Assembly: GCA_000165425.1 (NCBI GenBank)
Contig: CT868629.1
Coordinates: 248,001-312,000, forward strand
DNA length: 64,000 bases
Reading direction: 5' to 3'
Source: Paramecium tetraurelia
Taxonomy: Eukaryota
Part shown: one piece after another, positions 11,818-26,300 of the stretch
Layout of the letters: each line of letters opens with the position of its first letter
Numbering within the stretch: the stretch's first letter is position 1
Notes under the pieces: model-generated
What the model was told of the DNA's origin: nothing
Database searches by the model: none
What the model saw: the letters and a program-made list of their open reading frames with translations, nothing else
Made by a program: the position numbers and the translations under genes

Positions 11818-12688
11818 TTCTTAATTAAATTAACGCTACAATACTATCTCCACCAAATCATCCCCAAGAATTGGTGTTTAATCTTATCTTTATTCAAATT
11901 AAGTTTCTATTAAGGAAATACCATTTACTTTGAGAATTCAAATTCATGTTCAAGTTAATTTAAATAATTTCAAATTTAAGTTCTCCAGTTTTTTTTAATA
12001 TAATTATAATACAGAAATCATTAGAAATTGAAATAATCACGATATGGCATAATGTAGGTCACCCTTTTTAAACTTAATTAAGAAAAGATTCAGTTCATAC
12101 TCCATTTTTAAGGATTAATTTTAAAATTCAAAGAGAAGACTTTTTCAGAATTATAACATCAAATTAAATTAGAATCTCAATTTAAACCATTTTAACATGC
12201 CGTAGTGGTGTTGAATACTTTTAAATCATTAGAATGATGAGGACTCTTGATAAAAAAAGGATAAAAATTTTAGGAATTTCAACAAATATAAGAGATCAAA
12301 TCCTCCATTGAATGTTATATAATCCATTTCGAATTTTTGAACATCAAAGAATAATAGAAAGTTGAAGCTTACAAAATGGGAATATGATAATGAAACCATT
12401 CAATAGTATTTTTTGTATATAATAATATTCAACAAGTTGAATTAATTGTTGAGAGTATTATTAATTCAGATCAGTTATCATTTAATCTCAAACAACATTG
12501 GGCTTAATACAAAATGAATGAATTTGATTCGTTATTCTTTATCATATATTAAATTATTTTTGATTTTATTTAGGATTGATTAATTATCATCATCGAATAA
12601 AAATTTAATTAGATTATAATGCGTAACATCTAGAAATATATATACGTCAATTAGAATACTAAAATTCAAAGTATAATAAAATTAAAAC

Positions 12689-13451
12689 ATGGATAATGAT
12701 TATTATGACTTTCTTGATCATTCATTCGATTATAAACCAAAGAAGAGAGGACAAAGGGGTTAGAAAAATCTCATTTTAATTTAGCATTGACAGATCAAGA
12801 GATCATTGTTCGTGAAAGAATGAAGCTTGTTAAAAACAGGGAATCAGCAAAAAATAGTAGAAAAAGAAAAAAGATGTATGTTGACCTATTAGAAACCAAA
12901 GTACATTTTACCAATAACTTTCAGGTGGCAGGTCTAAATCAGCAGTTATAGGAATATAAAGAACTTCAAGAACAAAGTTAGGGACTATTAAGAAATACAT
13001 AAATTCAATTGTTATTTGGAAAATCACAGCAAAAACCCGATTAATTAGGCCATTACCTTAAGGAAATTTTTGAGCAATCAATCCCCAAGATGGCTTTGCA
13101 TTTAAAGCAAGAATAGCGCAATCAAGAACTAGATAATTGTTTTTAAAGTTTTTATAATTGCTTCAATGATATGAATAATGTCAAAGATGAAATGGTCTAA
13201 GAAATGCAAAAACTTGAGATCACAATGAAGGCTGCCAAGGAAATTCCAGAGTTCAATAAATTCTTTGAACATGTCTCAAAATTAGATTTCTAATAATAGT
13301 TGGACAGTTTAGAGGAGGTAATCGAGAGTATTATATAAATTAGGAACTCGGAAATGTCATAAAAACAGATGATCTTTAATTGTCGATCAAAGATACTTAT
13401 GATTTATACAACAAATCTATGCAATTTATTAAGAGACCAAAATTGAATTGA
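12689..13451 (+). CDS. bZIP transcription factor
   Basis: Basic region MKLVKNRESAKNSRKRKKMYVDLLETK followed by zipper; three tiny introns. Confidence 0.85.
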
Positions 13452-14549
13452 AAATTATTTATATAACATTCTCATAATGTATAACAATTTATGGTAATTA
13501 AATCAATTTAGCAGGTGTTGATATCCTTATAAAGCCATAATAAATAATGTTAACAAAATTTGTTGTATATTTAATATCAAATTTCAATTTAATCATTCAA
13601 TGTAGATCAATGAAATTAGTTAAATCATCACTTAGCTGTGGTTAAAATGAAATAGAAATCAGTATATTTGTGATAGAAATGATAAGATGAATAAGTTTGT
13701 GTCAATTAAAGTTGCTACTTCTCATTTCCTAATAATTAGCGATAAAGTAGAGTGAATATTATCATAAGTAATAGAAAAAGGAATTTTCTAAATAACTAAC
13801 ATAAAACCAATAATATTAAATTACAAAAAGGTTTATTAATGTATTTGAAAATATAGAGCATTAAAAGAATGGTTTGAATACTCGAACTGTGCATATTTTA
13901 AATAAAGAAGTGATGCAGAAGAGATATAATAGTGTTATTAAGAATTTTTAGTGATGAAATAAAATATCTCAAGGTTATGGATATTTGAAAATTTAAAATA
14001 TATATTCAAAATAATTTAATGTGTAGATTATTAATTTTTGGAATCAAGCGATTTCTATCAAACTAAAAGTTTCTTTTCTGTATGATTGATATCAAGAATT
14101 GAATTAATATTTTAATTTCCTTTCTTATTTATTAATAAATATTGATTATTTAAGAATGAGATTTTTGATTAAGTATGAAAATGATGCTTAATTTATTTAA
14201 TTAATTATAAGATTTTTCATATTTCTAAATACAGACTCATATCACATCTTATTGAATTAGAAGAATACAATTTTTTCATGTCTAATATAATGTAGCAGTA
14301 ATTACAAAATTTCCCTATTTCAACTTCATTTGAAATTATGTATAATTAAAAATCAACTTGCATAAAAAGTTAATTGTATTTTGACTCTTTAAATGTTGAA
14401 ATTTGAAAATGGGTTAAAACGATAAAAATTACTGAATTGGGAGTATTAGTTTTTATTTCATCTCTTATGATTACATTAATTATTTAAAATGAGTACTGAG
14501 TGTTCAGTAGTATTTAAGTAACAGTTAGAAAATTTCCTTCTTTAGAAGA

Positions 14550-16140
14550 ATGAGTGATTTATTTGATCCTTTTGATTAAGCAAATTATGGTTCAGAGGAT
14601 TCCATTGAAGGGTACGATAGTTTTTTTAGTGAGATAGATGGCAAAAATGACTCAGAATTAGATGATGAGAAAAAAAGACCATAGCTATATTAAAAAGATA
14701 GCTATTTTTAATCTTGAGATTAATAAGATAATTCGAATCCAAAGTTTAGATAATTGAAAAATTTCAATTAGAATGATATTTTGTATGAAGTGAATGAATA
14801 CCCTTTAATAGGAATCAGTAATGAAGATACTTTACATATATCTACCTTTTATCTCCCTATAATTATTATTAAGATATCAGATGAACAATATGAAAGCGAA
14901 CATTTTTAGCATTATTTTAGTTTGCATCTTTTATTTTGGTTATAGTAATTCAAGAGAACTTGGTTTGGATTGTCAATATTATTAAATGAGTAAGGGGAGA
15001 AAATAAAAGACAAAAGTGAAGTATTAAAAGACTTTCGATAATTATACAGATTTGTTCCAGTATTTGTGGATTAGGATTTCTTAGAGTATTTTAACCAATA
15101 GTTCTGTACAAAATTATATTAACTAGTAATGAACAATGATGTATGCATTAAAAATTAGCAGCATTAGGGCATTCTTAACATTTGCAGGATTGCTTTAAAA
15201 AGATGAATGACTAAATCTTTTAAGAAATGAAATCCTACATTCATCAAAGTTCCCTAGCTTTAATAGCAGAATATCGATTATTATACTTAAGTAAGATATT
15301 TTTAAGTCATAAATTCACTAGATTGCCAATAGTTAGCTTTTATAATAGACTAGTCCATCACATTGACAATTAAATTAATAGAGGATGATATGGATTCAAA
15401 ATAACGCTTTGAAGAGTTCGCTAAGGCTAACATGTATTTTTAATGTCGATATAGTGGGAGACACAATTTTTCTCGACTGGAATACATTCATCTAAACCCT
15501 ATGCCTATAGTTTTGATAAAAGTCTCAAGTTTTTCTCATAGAAGCTGCCACTCTATGAATACTTTTAATGTATTCTCTCATAAGGATTTCAAAGAGAAGT
15601 TCTCTGATCTATTGGATAATATAATAATAATGGAGTTCTCTCCTATTATCGATAATTAAGGTATAATCCAAGTCAAAAAAGCCTTCAATTCGTATGCAAC
15701 AAAAACAGAAGGAGTTACGGTAGAAGTCAAAGAAAGTTCGATACGTTGGCAAGTCAAAAACTAGGAGGATTATGCTCAAAAACTAATTCAGGATCTTTAA
15801 GAAGATTTATAAACCATAGTTGTATGATATCTGACCTTATAATTGATTGTGAAATCTAACTACTTAGAAGTCTGTCCAAAGAATTAAAACTAAAGAAAAA
15901 TTAAATATAAAGAGGAAAACTGGATTCTGCTTTATAGTGGCCAGAGTATTGAGAATGAGGATGTATTTTCTCATTTTAAGGTGATCACCCAAGTAGAAAA
16001 TATTTTACTGAGGTATCAATTTTATTTGATTTAATAGAATGCCAATCATTTCTCAGTATCATTAAGTCTTGTTCCATCTTATGCTAATTATTATCTTAAT
16101 TTAGAATAGGAAATAATTGAATTGTTAAGAATGATGTGAA
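14550..16140 (+). pseudogene. Degraded trehalose-6-phosphate synthase/phosphatase (TPS-TPP) gene
   Basis: GT20-like blocks (STFYLPIII; RTWFGL; RFVPVFVDQDFLEYFNQQFC; MNDQIF...IAEYRLLYL) and TPP-like blocks (SYATKTEGVTVEVKESSIRWQ; YLEVCPK; YSGQSIENEDVF); in-frame TGA at 14715 and 15825, frameshifts, most of the middle missing; 3' end approximate. Confidence 0.7.
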
Positions 16141-16207
16141 TATATTATATATATAGGTATTGCATTTTTAAATTGTAGTATCACAAAAAAATATAATTTA
16201 TATTTAA

Positions 16208-17719
16208 ATGTTACCCATACTAATCTGCTCATTATTAGTTATAGAGGTCTTAAGTGATCAAATTTATCCAGCCATTGAGAAATTAAAAGTCTAATTAGAA
16301 AATGATGGATGGATAGATTGTGAGAGTAAGGAATTAATTTAAGCATCTACTTGCTCTGGAGATGATCTACTATGGTTGGAATGCTATTTAGTACCTGAAA
16401 ATGGCTTATGTTCCAGATAGAATATTTTAACCAATACTGGTGAAACTCTCACTTATACCTTTACATTTTACAAACCCACTTTTCAGAGTACTGATATAGT
16501 CATCAACAATCAAAAAAACACTGGGTCTGTTACTATTTAAGATGATCTGGGAAGAGTAACCATATAATAATAATCAACTTCTTCTTCAATTAAAATTAAT
16601 CAAAAAGGAGCCTATTTTACAGGTCTAACAATAAGTAAAGATTGCAATCCCAATTGCAAGAGCTGTGTCGATGGATTTTGCAATTAGTGCAACGATAACG
16701 ACTATTTATACAACTATAATTGTCAATCCAATGATTGCGATTTAAGTATAATTAATAACAATTTCATCACATCATCAACAGGAGCCATATAAAATGGATA
16801 ATATGTGGTCTCTTTGGTATACAACTTTAAGATTGCTTTTTGTTTGATTCCAAAAGTTTATCTAACAAAAGGTTTAAAAGACTCTACTATTTTAAAGATT
16901 TTGGATCAGAATTAAGTGTCATATATCTCAACATCAGGAACCCCTAATTCTTTATAGATAACCCTATCGCTAGACGAGGTTTAAAATAACTGTCAGTAAT
17001 TCGAGACTACTTCGGCTTATGTTTATTAGTGTTATATTGGAGTGGCATTGACCAGTTCTAAAATAACTTAATTCTTGGCCATAATTATTGGGTAGATCTC
17101 AGTAGAGAGAGCTACTTAGAATGTAGAATAATTTACATAAGCTGTTTCAATTACTGGGGATTCAAATGGCACAGTTGGACCTGTGTTTGTTGTAAGTGAA
17201 ACAGTCAATCAAGAAATTAATGCTGATAAAAAGAAATTGACAGTGACCTAATCCATTTTAGATCCTTAATTTTCTAACTATTAAATCATTTACATGGAAG
17301 CATACATCATTTAAAATGGAAAGACCTATACTCTAAATTTGGACTATTCGATTCAAAAAGGAGCTTCAACAACTTTTGGATTTATTTGGGATGATTCAAA
17401 TTTCAATCCATCTTTAGATTTTTAATCCCATATCAACTCTCTTGCTGAACCAGCATCTAGGCTACTCAGAAGAAGGTAACTTGAAGTTTCACTTAAAAGA
17501 GAATAATTATAGGTAATGTATTAAGTTTAAAGTTAAAACATCTTCTAATCAACAAAATTAAATAAAAAGAATAGTTGGTCAGAATTTATAGTAGTAGTAG
17601 CGGGGCTTATAGGAATGACTTTTATTATCTATTTAAGCAAAGTGGTTTATAATCATTATAAGAAGAAGGAAGAAAAAAATTAAACATAAATACCAAAAGA
17701 TGAATAAAAAATGGGTTGA
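16208..17719 (+). CDS. Type I membrane protein, 503 aa: signal peptide, one Cys-rich repeat, polybasic site, TM
   Basis: MLPILICSLLVIEVLS; CNPNCKSCVDGFCNQCNDNDYLYNYNC; SRLLRRR; TM FIVVVAGLIGMTFIIYL; intronless 1512 nt. Confidence 0.85.
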
Positions 17720-17893
17720 AAATTTGTTCTAAATTATTTTAATATTATAAATAATATATTAATTTATGTACATATCTTTAAATAGAAAGTATATTGTTTA
17801 TTGATATTAATAAATAATTAATAAAACAATACTTTTTGAATTTATAATTTATCATTTCATATCTTCACATGTTAATTACATTATAAATGTCAG

Positions 17894-20800
17894 TCAGTAC
17901 AACATCTAATGGATTTCCTTTGCTTGGCTTCTAATGTTTGCAGTAAGAATCAAATCGGCTGGAATTAGCACTAAAATCTGTCTTAATGATTAAATTGTTT
18001 GTTGCTGTTTGTATATCCATACAAAACTCGATATACAATATATAGCAAATAAACTAATTTACAGTTGATATAAATATACCTTAATCCAAATCCATAATAA
18101 TACACTTGTATCACGCTGATAATGCCTTAACTGATATTTGCATTGTCTTGTTAAAACAAAATTAAAAATTATCTCATAGCATTCTGAATGTCAGTAAAAT
18201 ATTAAAGAACAAAATTCTAAAACTATTATGATTGTGCTGTTATTCTGCACTCTTCAATATTTGGACTATATTTCAAGTTGTTTATTTCGTAATCGTATTC
18301 TTAATTTATAAATTTGGTGAAAGCAGCTGTAAATCCAAGAGCACCATTTACAATTACATCTAAGTATAAATCCTTCCTATTGATAATCAAATATGAATTA
18401 CTTATCATAAGCTAAAGATTGTTTGGATAAATCACAAGCTGGAAGATTATCTAAAGAGGTAGATAAGCATAAGTCATAATTAAGTACTCCATCAAAAATA
18501 CTGTTCTTTTTATTAGCATTTGCATTTGTCAAAATTACATCAGCTATTTCATTTATCAATGGCAATAAATTATCTTTGTATTAAGACAATAGCGATGATG
18601 ATAAAGTTTAATTAATGAAACTTAAATTATAATTTGGAATCAGAGGCTCAGTTTTTGTTAATCCTGCAATTAGAGCTAATGAATCCATGTTGTGTCTAAA
18701 TTACACAAATTTCAATGTAACGGTTAAAGATGGTTAGAAGTTGTCATTATATGACATATGTAAAAGATACCCCGCCATTAAGAATGCAGACCATGTTATA
18801 GCCAAAAGAAATGTTACTATTACATTTGTTCTATTCAAATAATAGGTTTTTTATATTCTGGAATATAGAGCACTGGTAGCTCGATAGTTATTTTATGTAG
18901 ATTAAATTGAAAGAGATTACTTTAATTAGATTTTCTTGGACTTTTTATCTGAAAATTCAAACATAACTTCTCCAAAATTATATAGTTTCCATGTATTTGA
19001 ACTTTCATTTTCCAACTATTCTTTTATCATTGATAATCGGTTAATTTAATCTGTTGATTAATTTTCATTTAAACGTGATACCAAAAATAATATAGATTTC
19101 GTGATGTGATCGATGAATAGCCAATATTTTAATTACAGTCCTATAAAAAATATAACAGAAAATAACTCTGCCATCATAACAGTTAAGAAGTATGATCTTA
19201 CTAAAGATTAAGCATCAATAGTATTTTACATGATTATCTAAATTAGTTGATTATGTAAATCTACCATTTGCCATAAATTCACCCTAACTACTCCTGTTGT
19301 TAACATATCTGGGTATATGATTTATTACTTCCCCAGGTTGTTTCTATACGAAGTTTCTACTGTTTGATATAAGACTTAATAAAAGTCTTACAAAGGTACA
19401 TCTGAATATTTAATAACTCCATTTTCTATATACTTAAAGTTAAAGATTGTCTTCGCATTCAAATCTTGAGCCTGCTAAGGTACTTAAATTGCCAAATTAA
19501 TCATTTCCTATCTTGCATAGTCATACATTTAAGATAAGGTATCTATATTTCTTTGATTCATAAAAGGGCTTAAGGTAATTATTTTTTAAGTATACAAATA
19601 TTGAACCCATTCTTACAGCATAGCAGAAGTGTAAAAGTAATTAATATTTTGTGGTTTTCTCAAATTTACAACCTAATCAGTTTAAGATACTAGATTAGTT
19701 GATATCATTTAAACATTTATGATATCTACGGTCAAAATGGCTAGACATATTAATGTTAGAATTAATGCTATTTTCTTAAGAGGAGTAATCAATTGAGTGT
19801 TATAGTATAGCTATTAAACTATGAGTAATGACTCCTTGGATGTTGAATTAGTTGAAGTTCTAGAGGGATTCGATGCAAAATCCATAGCATTCTCTTTCTT
19901 TTGAATCTAGGCTATTCTCAACTTACCCAAGATGGAGTTCTTCTTTAGAGTTTGACTATTGGATTCAAATTTATCATTCACTATTTCCTACTCATTTTCA
20001 TCTAATAATTCAAGCTACCTTTCCTTTAATCCCTTAAATAATATATATTAAGATATACATGCATATCATTTTCCATTTACTCGAATTCTAAGTTGCTTGA
20101 TTTGTCGAGTTGCCTGGGTTTAACATACAATGGTTATTAAATAATCATTTATCTACTTGAATCAAAAATGTTGGATCTATCAGATTGTTTTACTTTAAAG
20201 CTCATTTCAATGGATTTGGAATTATCTAAAATGTTATTATTATTATTAGGCTCATCATTATCATATTGCTTGACAGATCTCAATTAATTCATCATTTTTA
20301 TCTCCTAAACTATGGCATTTTAGGATTCATCGATCTCCACAATTTCACTTTTCGGGAATAGGTCACTGCTGTTCAAATCCTATGAAGGTTATAAACTTTA
20401 TTATTGAGTAGCTTACGAGGGTACAGTAGTGAAGTGCTGATTTGTATTCGATAACTATAAATGCTTCATTTCTTTGATTGAAATCATAAAATAGGCATAA
20501 GTTCCTTTCTTATATTTTAATACTTTGTATGACAGACTGTAAAATAAGCCTAGTTGCATGTATTGAGATTAATTGTCGAATTCCACTAGCTTTTTTATGG
20601 ATTCTTAGACTTCTGGATGCAAAATTATAATTGGAGTGTTCTCAACAAGAATTTATTTTCTGATTTCTTATGGGATTTCTTAATCGTCATACATTTCTAT
20701 GTTCGTATTCATAGAGTTTTGAGAATATCTTGAATATGTTTGAGACTTATATGATCTCATATTGAGTTGTAATTAGGATCCATTACTTCTTCTCTTAAAT

Positions 20801-23197
20801 TATGATAGTATTAATTGAGAGTTTAAGAGACACTCGCTATGGTTTTAAGGTACAATCCAATATGACCTTAAATTATTCATGAGGTAATTTGAAGAAGAGT
20901 TAATTTACACTTTTAATTCTTCAACCTACTAGGTGATAGATGGTATGTAGTATTAAATTAAGGGATATCTTGCTAGAAGTTCTCTGACCTCCATTTATGA
21001 AACTGTTGCTTCAGTTCGTTTAGACATGTGGGAACTTTCTATTTTAGTTTTAGATTTCAAAGCTTCTTCATAAAATTATTTGGTGAATCCAAGTATCTTT
21101 CCATCTACACCAAATAAGATAGTTTCATTATTAGATTATTCCTTAGTCAAGATCATATTTAACAAAAAGTCATTCTTGTTGGAGTCAAAATAATTATATA
21201 AGTTGATGCTACAAGGTTCTATGTATCCTTATATATTTTAGAAGAATGTTGATTCTCCATGGACCATTAATTTGGAATGACCATTCTATAAATAATTGTC
21301 CATCAACTAATCATGGATACTCTATAAGAAGTTTGGCATCAACTGATTGCAATGCTTAATTAACTTAACATTGTCTTCAGAATCACACAAAAACTATGAC
21401 AACTATTTAGTGTTAGTGTTAACCAGTTCTCCTCGTTTGCGCACTAGACTAGACTTCAAGATTATCAATCTATCTTTAAATTAATTAAATTAACTTACTT
21501 TATATAAGTTGAATGTTATCCAAGGATTCATCTTGCTTATACCTCTCACTCTTTAAGAGATCGTCAATTGCTTTTTCTAATTAAAAAGCTTAGAATGAAT
21601 TAGAATAAATTCCAGTCTAATAGATTTGTATGATCCTCATAGATAATATATCTTGAGTAGAGGATCCTTTCAATCTGTTGTTAATCATGTCAAATCTATT
21701 TTCAAATTCTTTTTTACATTTTAGCATTTTAGAAGTTGTCTTTAGTGCTTCATGTAGACAATGATCAATATCGTTGTATCCATTTATCAGTTTATTCCAG
21801 AAATTGATTTTGCCATTCAAGGTTTCAATAATGAGAGGAAATAAAAAGGCAGCAGAATGAGATGTGTGAAATGCTGATTGAACATCTAATGAATTCAAGT
21901 GTTCATTAGCATTCCTTATTGAGTTCTTGATTTAAGCTTCCTTCTAAAATTGTTAGGTTCTTTTGTACAATTCCTATTACAAATTATGAGATGCTATTCT
22001 GTAGTAAATGTCGTTGGAAGTCATCAGAACCAATCTGACCAAAGCCTTTAATGGAGCATGATTTGCGACATAGGAACAGTAAAGTAAAACGTAAAGTTGA
22101 CTCCTATTGAGAACTGTATTGGCCATTCTGCGCAGGAGGCATTCAACCAATTGATGAGGGTTCTTGCATTTTTTGCAGATGTGATTCTTTTTGATGACAG
22201 ATAGGATGATTTTAGATTTTGGCAAAGCGCTCATTTCGTTGCTTTCCTCTAGGATCTATGTTAATTTAGTACTTATACTTAGAGTGTAACTAAGTTCTGT
22301 TACTCTTTCAAAGTGACGTGGAAGTTGACTATCCTGTTTTGAATCTATACACACAAGCACAACAAAAATGAGATAATCAAGAATAACTCATAGATGCTAA
22401 AATTGAATGATATTGATAGATTTATTGCAACTGAAACAGTCTCGACTAATATATATGAGAATTGATTTATTCTGTTAAGTGAAGTTATAACGTATATCAA
22501 ACTTTTTATCAAGATCAACGCAAATCTCAATTCTGGCAGAATTTCTATTGCTTTTAGAACAACGGTGATTAATACTAAAATCTGCATGATGCCATTCAAC
22601 AGAATTGAATAATCCAATGTTAAAATATAATTGTCTTCCATTAATTTTTCGCATCTTCCAAAATATATATGTATTGAATTTAAAATCAGGGTGAATATGA
22701 TATTCAGCAACCCTATGATTATCAATCCTACTCTGCCATCTGAAGAGCAAATGTAGCTGTCATCGCATATTTATTAATCATAAATAAACCTTAACGCTGA
22801 GTATATGATAGGAATTTGGAAGAGCAATTAGTAATATGTTAGAAATGCATGCAAGATGTACTGCAATGTCACTGATTTATTCTTTACAAGGTGAAAATAT
22901 GCTAACATCAGAAGCAATAAGATGTGCACAACAAAGAAAGCTGAAATGATGAGTATGTGCTAAGTTGATGAAATAGAATCTATAATGAAACAGTAGCCTA
23001 TTATGCTCTAAATGGGGCTAAGAATCTTATCACATGTCATACTTCATTTCAGTTTTATAATTCAATTCAAAATTTTTGACCATCTCAAGTTCCTGAGCCT
23101 TGTTAATGGCTGTGATAAGAACTATGATACTTTTGAGTTGAAGTTGATTCGATGCTGGATGTATTAATAGATTTATCAATTTGAATAGTTGCTCCAT
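17894..23197 (-). CDS. Large multi-TM PAS-domain protein (ciliate-expanded TmcB-like family)
   Basis: N-terminal TM bundle; PAS-like ...HCNQLMPNFLQSIHDQLMDNYLQNGHSK...FFQNIQGYIEPC; C-terminal TMs ending LRQILVLIPADLILTANIRSQAKEIHQMLY*. Confidence 0.8.
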
Positions 23198-23380
23198 CCA
23201 ATATTTAAAAAATAAAATAAAATAGAAATTTCAGGCTTCCTCAGATATTAATTCTTGTAATTCTATTCAAATGTGTTGGATTTCAATGGTTATATTTATC
23301 AAGAAGAGAACGCCAAAATGGGAATACAAAAATATTTGATTCTTAATTAAGTGTATAATTCAGTATATAAAATATAATAA

Positions 23381-26300
23381 ATGTAAAATAAGGAGACTGC
23401 CTTTCTCAGTATTGAAAGTCCTATGCACAGCTAAAATGTTCTATCTCCTCGATTTGATGATATGATTCCTATTTATCCCAATGAAAATGTTGCAGAGCAG
23501 TAAATGGACGAAGCATTGAAACTTAAGAGGAACATATTTGAAAGGAAGAATTTCAGAGCTTTGAATGACGGACATAAATCCCATAGTTCAAATGAGGATG
23601 GCTCCTTAAGTAGCTTTAAGTAAGCATGCTGCATTTAAAATCACTAGCGATAACTCAGGGGATGATGTATCTCCAAAATCAAGAACTCACTCCTTCATTC
23701 AACAATACATGAGTCCCAGTGTCGGTCCCAACGAATAGCAAAACAACACTCCCAATCAAAAAGCACAATCTGGCTTAATGCTGGAATCAACCAATAATTT
23801 TCACTATTAGGTTGGTAAGTCTAACTCAAAACTTGAAAAATATCAAAGTTTTGTCTAGTAATTTGAAATTCAGGAAGACAAATTACAGAGAATGAAAACT
23901 AGACAGGCCCAAAAAAAAGTGAAGGCAAAGGAGATTCATCCAAAAAGGATGTCTGGTCGAAGAGAAGGCACAATAGGGTATGTTTATGGGATGAAAACCT
24001 AGGTTAAATTATATCTGGTCACAAAAGGGTCTAATGATAATTAGATTGGTTTCGAGGTTCATCCAACAATTAAAGACGAAGACGGAAACTATAAAATTTA
24101 GACTTTTAACCCAAAAAATATTCTCTGTAATCGGAGATTTGTCAAGTAACTTTGAATTTATTTTGGTTTCTCGTTAAATTAAATAAAAACCGAGTTTAGT
24201 AATTAGTAATAAAATATTAGTTCCTAATTTTGAAATATAATTTTTAAAAATAAGCAACCAAGTATTTGCACTATCTAGAATACTGTTAAGATTTTCTGAG
24301 CAGAAACATCATAGTCATAAAACCAGACAGCAAATTTAAAATAATTTGGGACATCCTTCTATTATTGTTTATCGTGATGAACATCTTCTACATCCCCATA
24401 AATATCAGTTTCAACATCACCACCTCAGGGGCTTTTGAGTATTTATTTGATTTGTTGCCATCGTGGATATTTGTGGCAGAGATCATCTTGAACTTCAACA
24501 CTGCCTACTATGACAAAGGCTTGATGCATGAAGATAGGAAATCTATAGTAAAGCATTATCTAAAGGAGAACTTTTTTTGGGACTTGATAGTTGTAATCCC
24601 TTTCTTAATATCAAATCTAAACATCCCATTTGTTAGATATACTTTACTCTTAAGATTGACTAGATTGAACCCCTTAATGGAAAGCATCGAAGAAATGCTC
24701 AATTTAGAAGTATCACAATTTATATCGTACTTAGGAAAATATTCAAATCGTTGTTGATCTATTCAAACTTATCTTTTTTCTTGTTTTAACAGGTCATTTT
24801 TGTGGTTGTGCTTGGCATTTCGTGGCTTTGACTGAACATGAATCGTTTGGAGTGTATGAAACTTGGTTGACTCATTATGATCCAGCTGCCTATGAGTATC
24901 ACTGGTTTGATAGATACATAATATCCCTGTATTGGAGTGTCATAACCACTGTGACAGTTGGATACGGAGACATAGTTCCAGTGACCACATTCGAAAGAGT
25001 CTTTGTAATTGTGGTAACACTATTGCTTTGCGGAATCTTTGGATATTGCATTTCTAATATCGGGAACATATTCAAGTCTATTTCAGATAAGAAGACTACC
25101 TATAAATTTAAACTTCGATAAATTCATTAGCACATCAGGAAACGAGGATTGAATTTAAACTTGTCGTTAAAGGTTTGCATTTTCGAATATCTTATAAGGT
25201 TAAAAAATACTTTGAGTACTACTTTAAATTAGAACAAGAAGAAGACAACCATGCAGACATCTTTTTATCCCAACTCACTAAACATTTGAGAGAAGAAGTC
25301 TTAACGGATTTGTATAGTAATACACTCAAAAAATCAAGACTATTGAGAGACAATTTCAATGAAATCACTATCAATAATCTGTGTCAGTTTGTTAAAGAGA
25401 AAAAGGTGCTACCAGAAGAAGCTCTCTACTCTCGATATGATCAACCAAAGAAAATTTGGTTTGTTCTTTCAGGTGCCTTAGAATACGTAGCCGATCATAA
25501 AAGTACTGTATGCTCTCAATATTATTAGATGAAAACGATTATTATGAAGCCACAGAGACATTCTTAAAGAAAGTTAGTGCTGGGTAAATTATCAGTACTA
25601 CTATATAGGGCAGTCTTAGGGGAGAGAGAATTCATTACTTAGTAGCCTTATGAATATAAAGTCAGAGCAGTGAAGTTTACTTAGATGGCTTATATAGAGT
25701 ATAAAGTTTATGAATTGACTTAGTTACGATGATTTCATAAATGTTATTGCAGAGAATGACAGGGAATATGAAATATTTTGCATGAAGAGAGATAGATTGT
25801 TATTGTATCCTGCCTTCAAAGGGTCAGGTAATGTATGTGAAATTTGTGAATGGACCCATAATTTCATTTAGTAAGAACCTTATCATCAAATATAGGTGTC
25901 CATTCGTTTTTTTGCAACCAAATACAAATAAAATTGCCAACAGATTTACTTCAGTTAAATACAACAATCGGATTAAGTTTCCTTATCGTAATCCTAAGAA
26001 ATCAAGAGTCAAGGAAACCTTAAATAAAATCTAGGAATGTGCTTTGCGAATAATTGTTGGAAATCTGACAGAATAGTAATATTAGATAATTATTTTAAGA
26101 GAGTACACAGATGAATACTTGATTTCCTTAGGGTTTTAATTAAGTCCAATTTAAGATGATATATCATCAAAAGACCATGATTCTTCCCAAATCAATTGTG
26201 ATTCTAAATCCATTTCAAACAGTGAAAAGCAGAATGCTATCCTGTCAAAGAACCTGAAGGTGACTGCTGGAATAACAACCGATCTAAGGGAAAGTCGAGA

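Noticed and set aside
12050..12240. Short code-6 ORF (MQVTLFKLNQEKIQ...)
   Set aside because: No recognisable motif; such ORFs arise readily by chance when TGA is the only stop
14494..14509. Hairpin tactga-gtgt-tcagta upstream of the TPS pseudogene
   Set aside because: A 6-bp stem is expected by chance; no supporting context
14700..15830. Selenocysteine or TGA recoding to explain the in-frame TGAs
   Set aside because: The stops co-occur with frameshifts and a deletion and are not at Cys-like positions; decay is the simpler explanation
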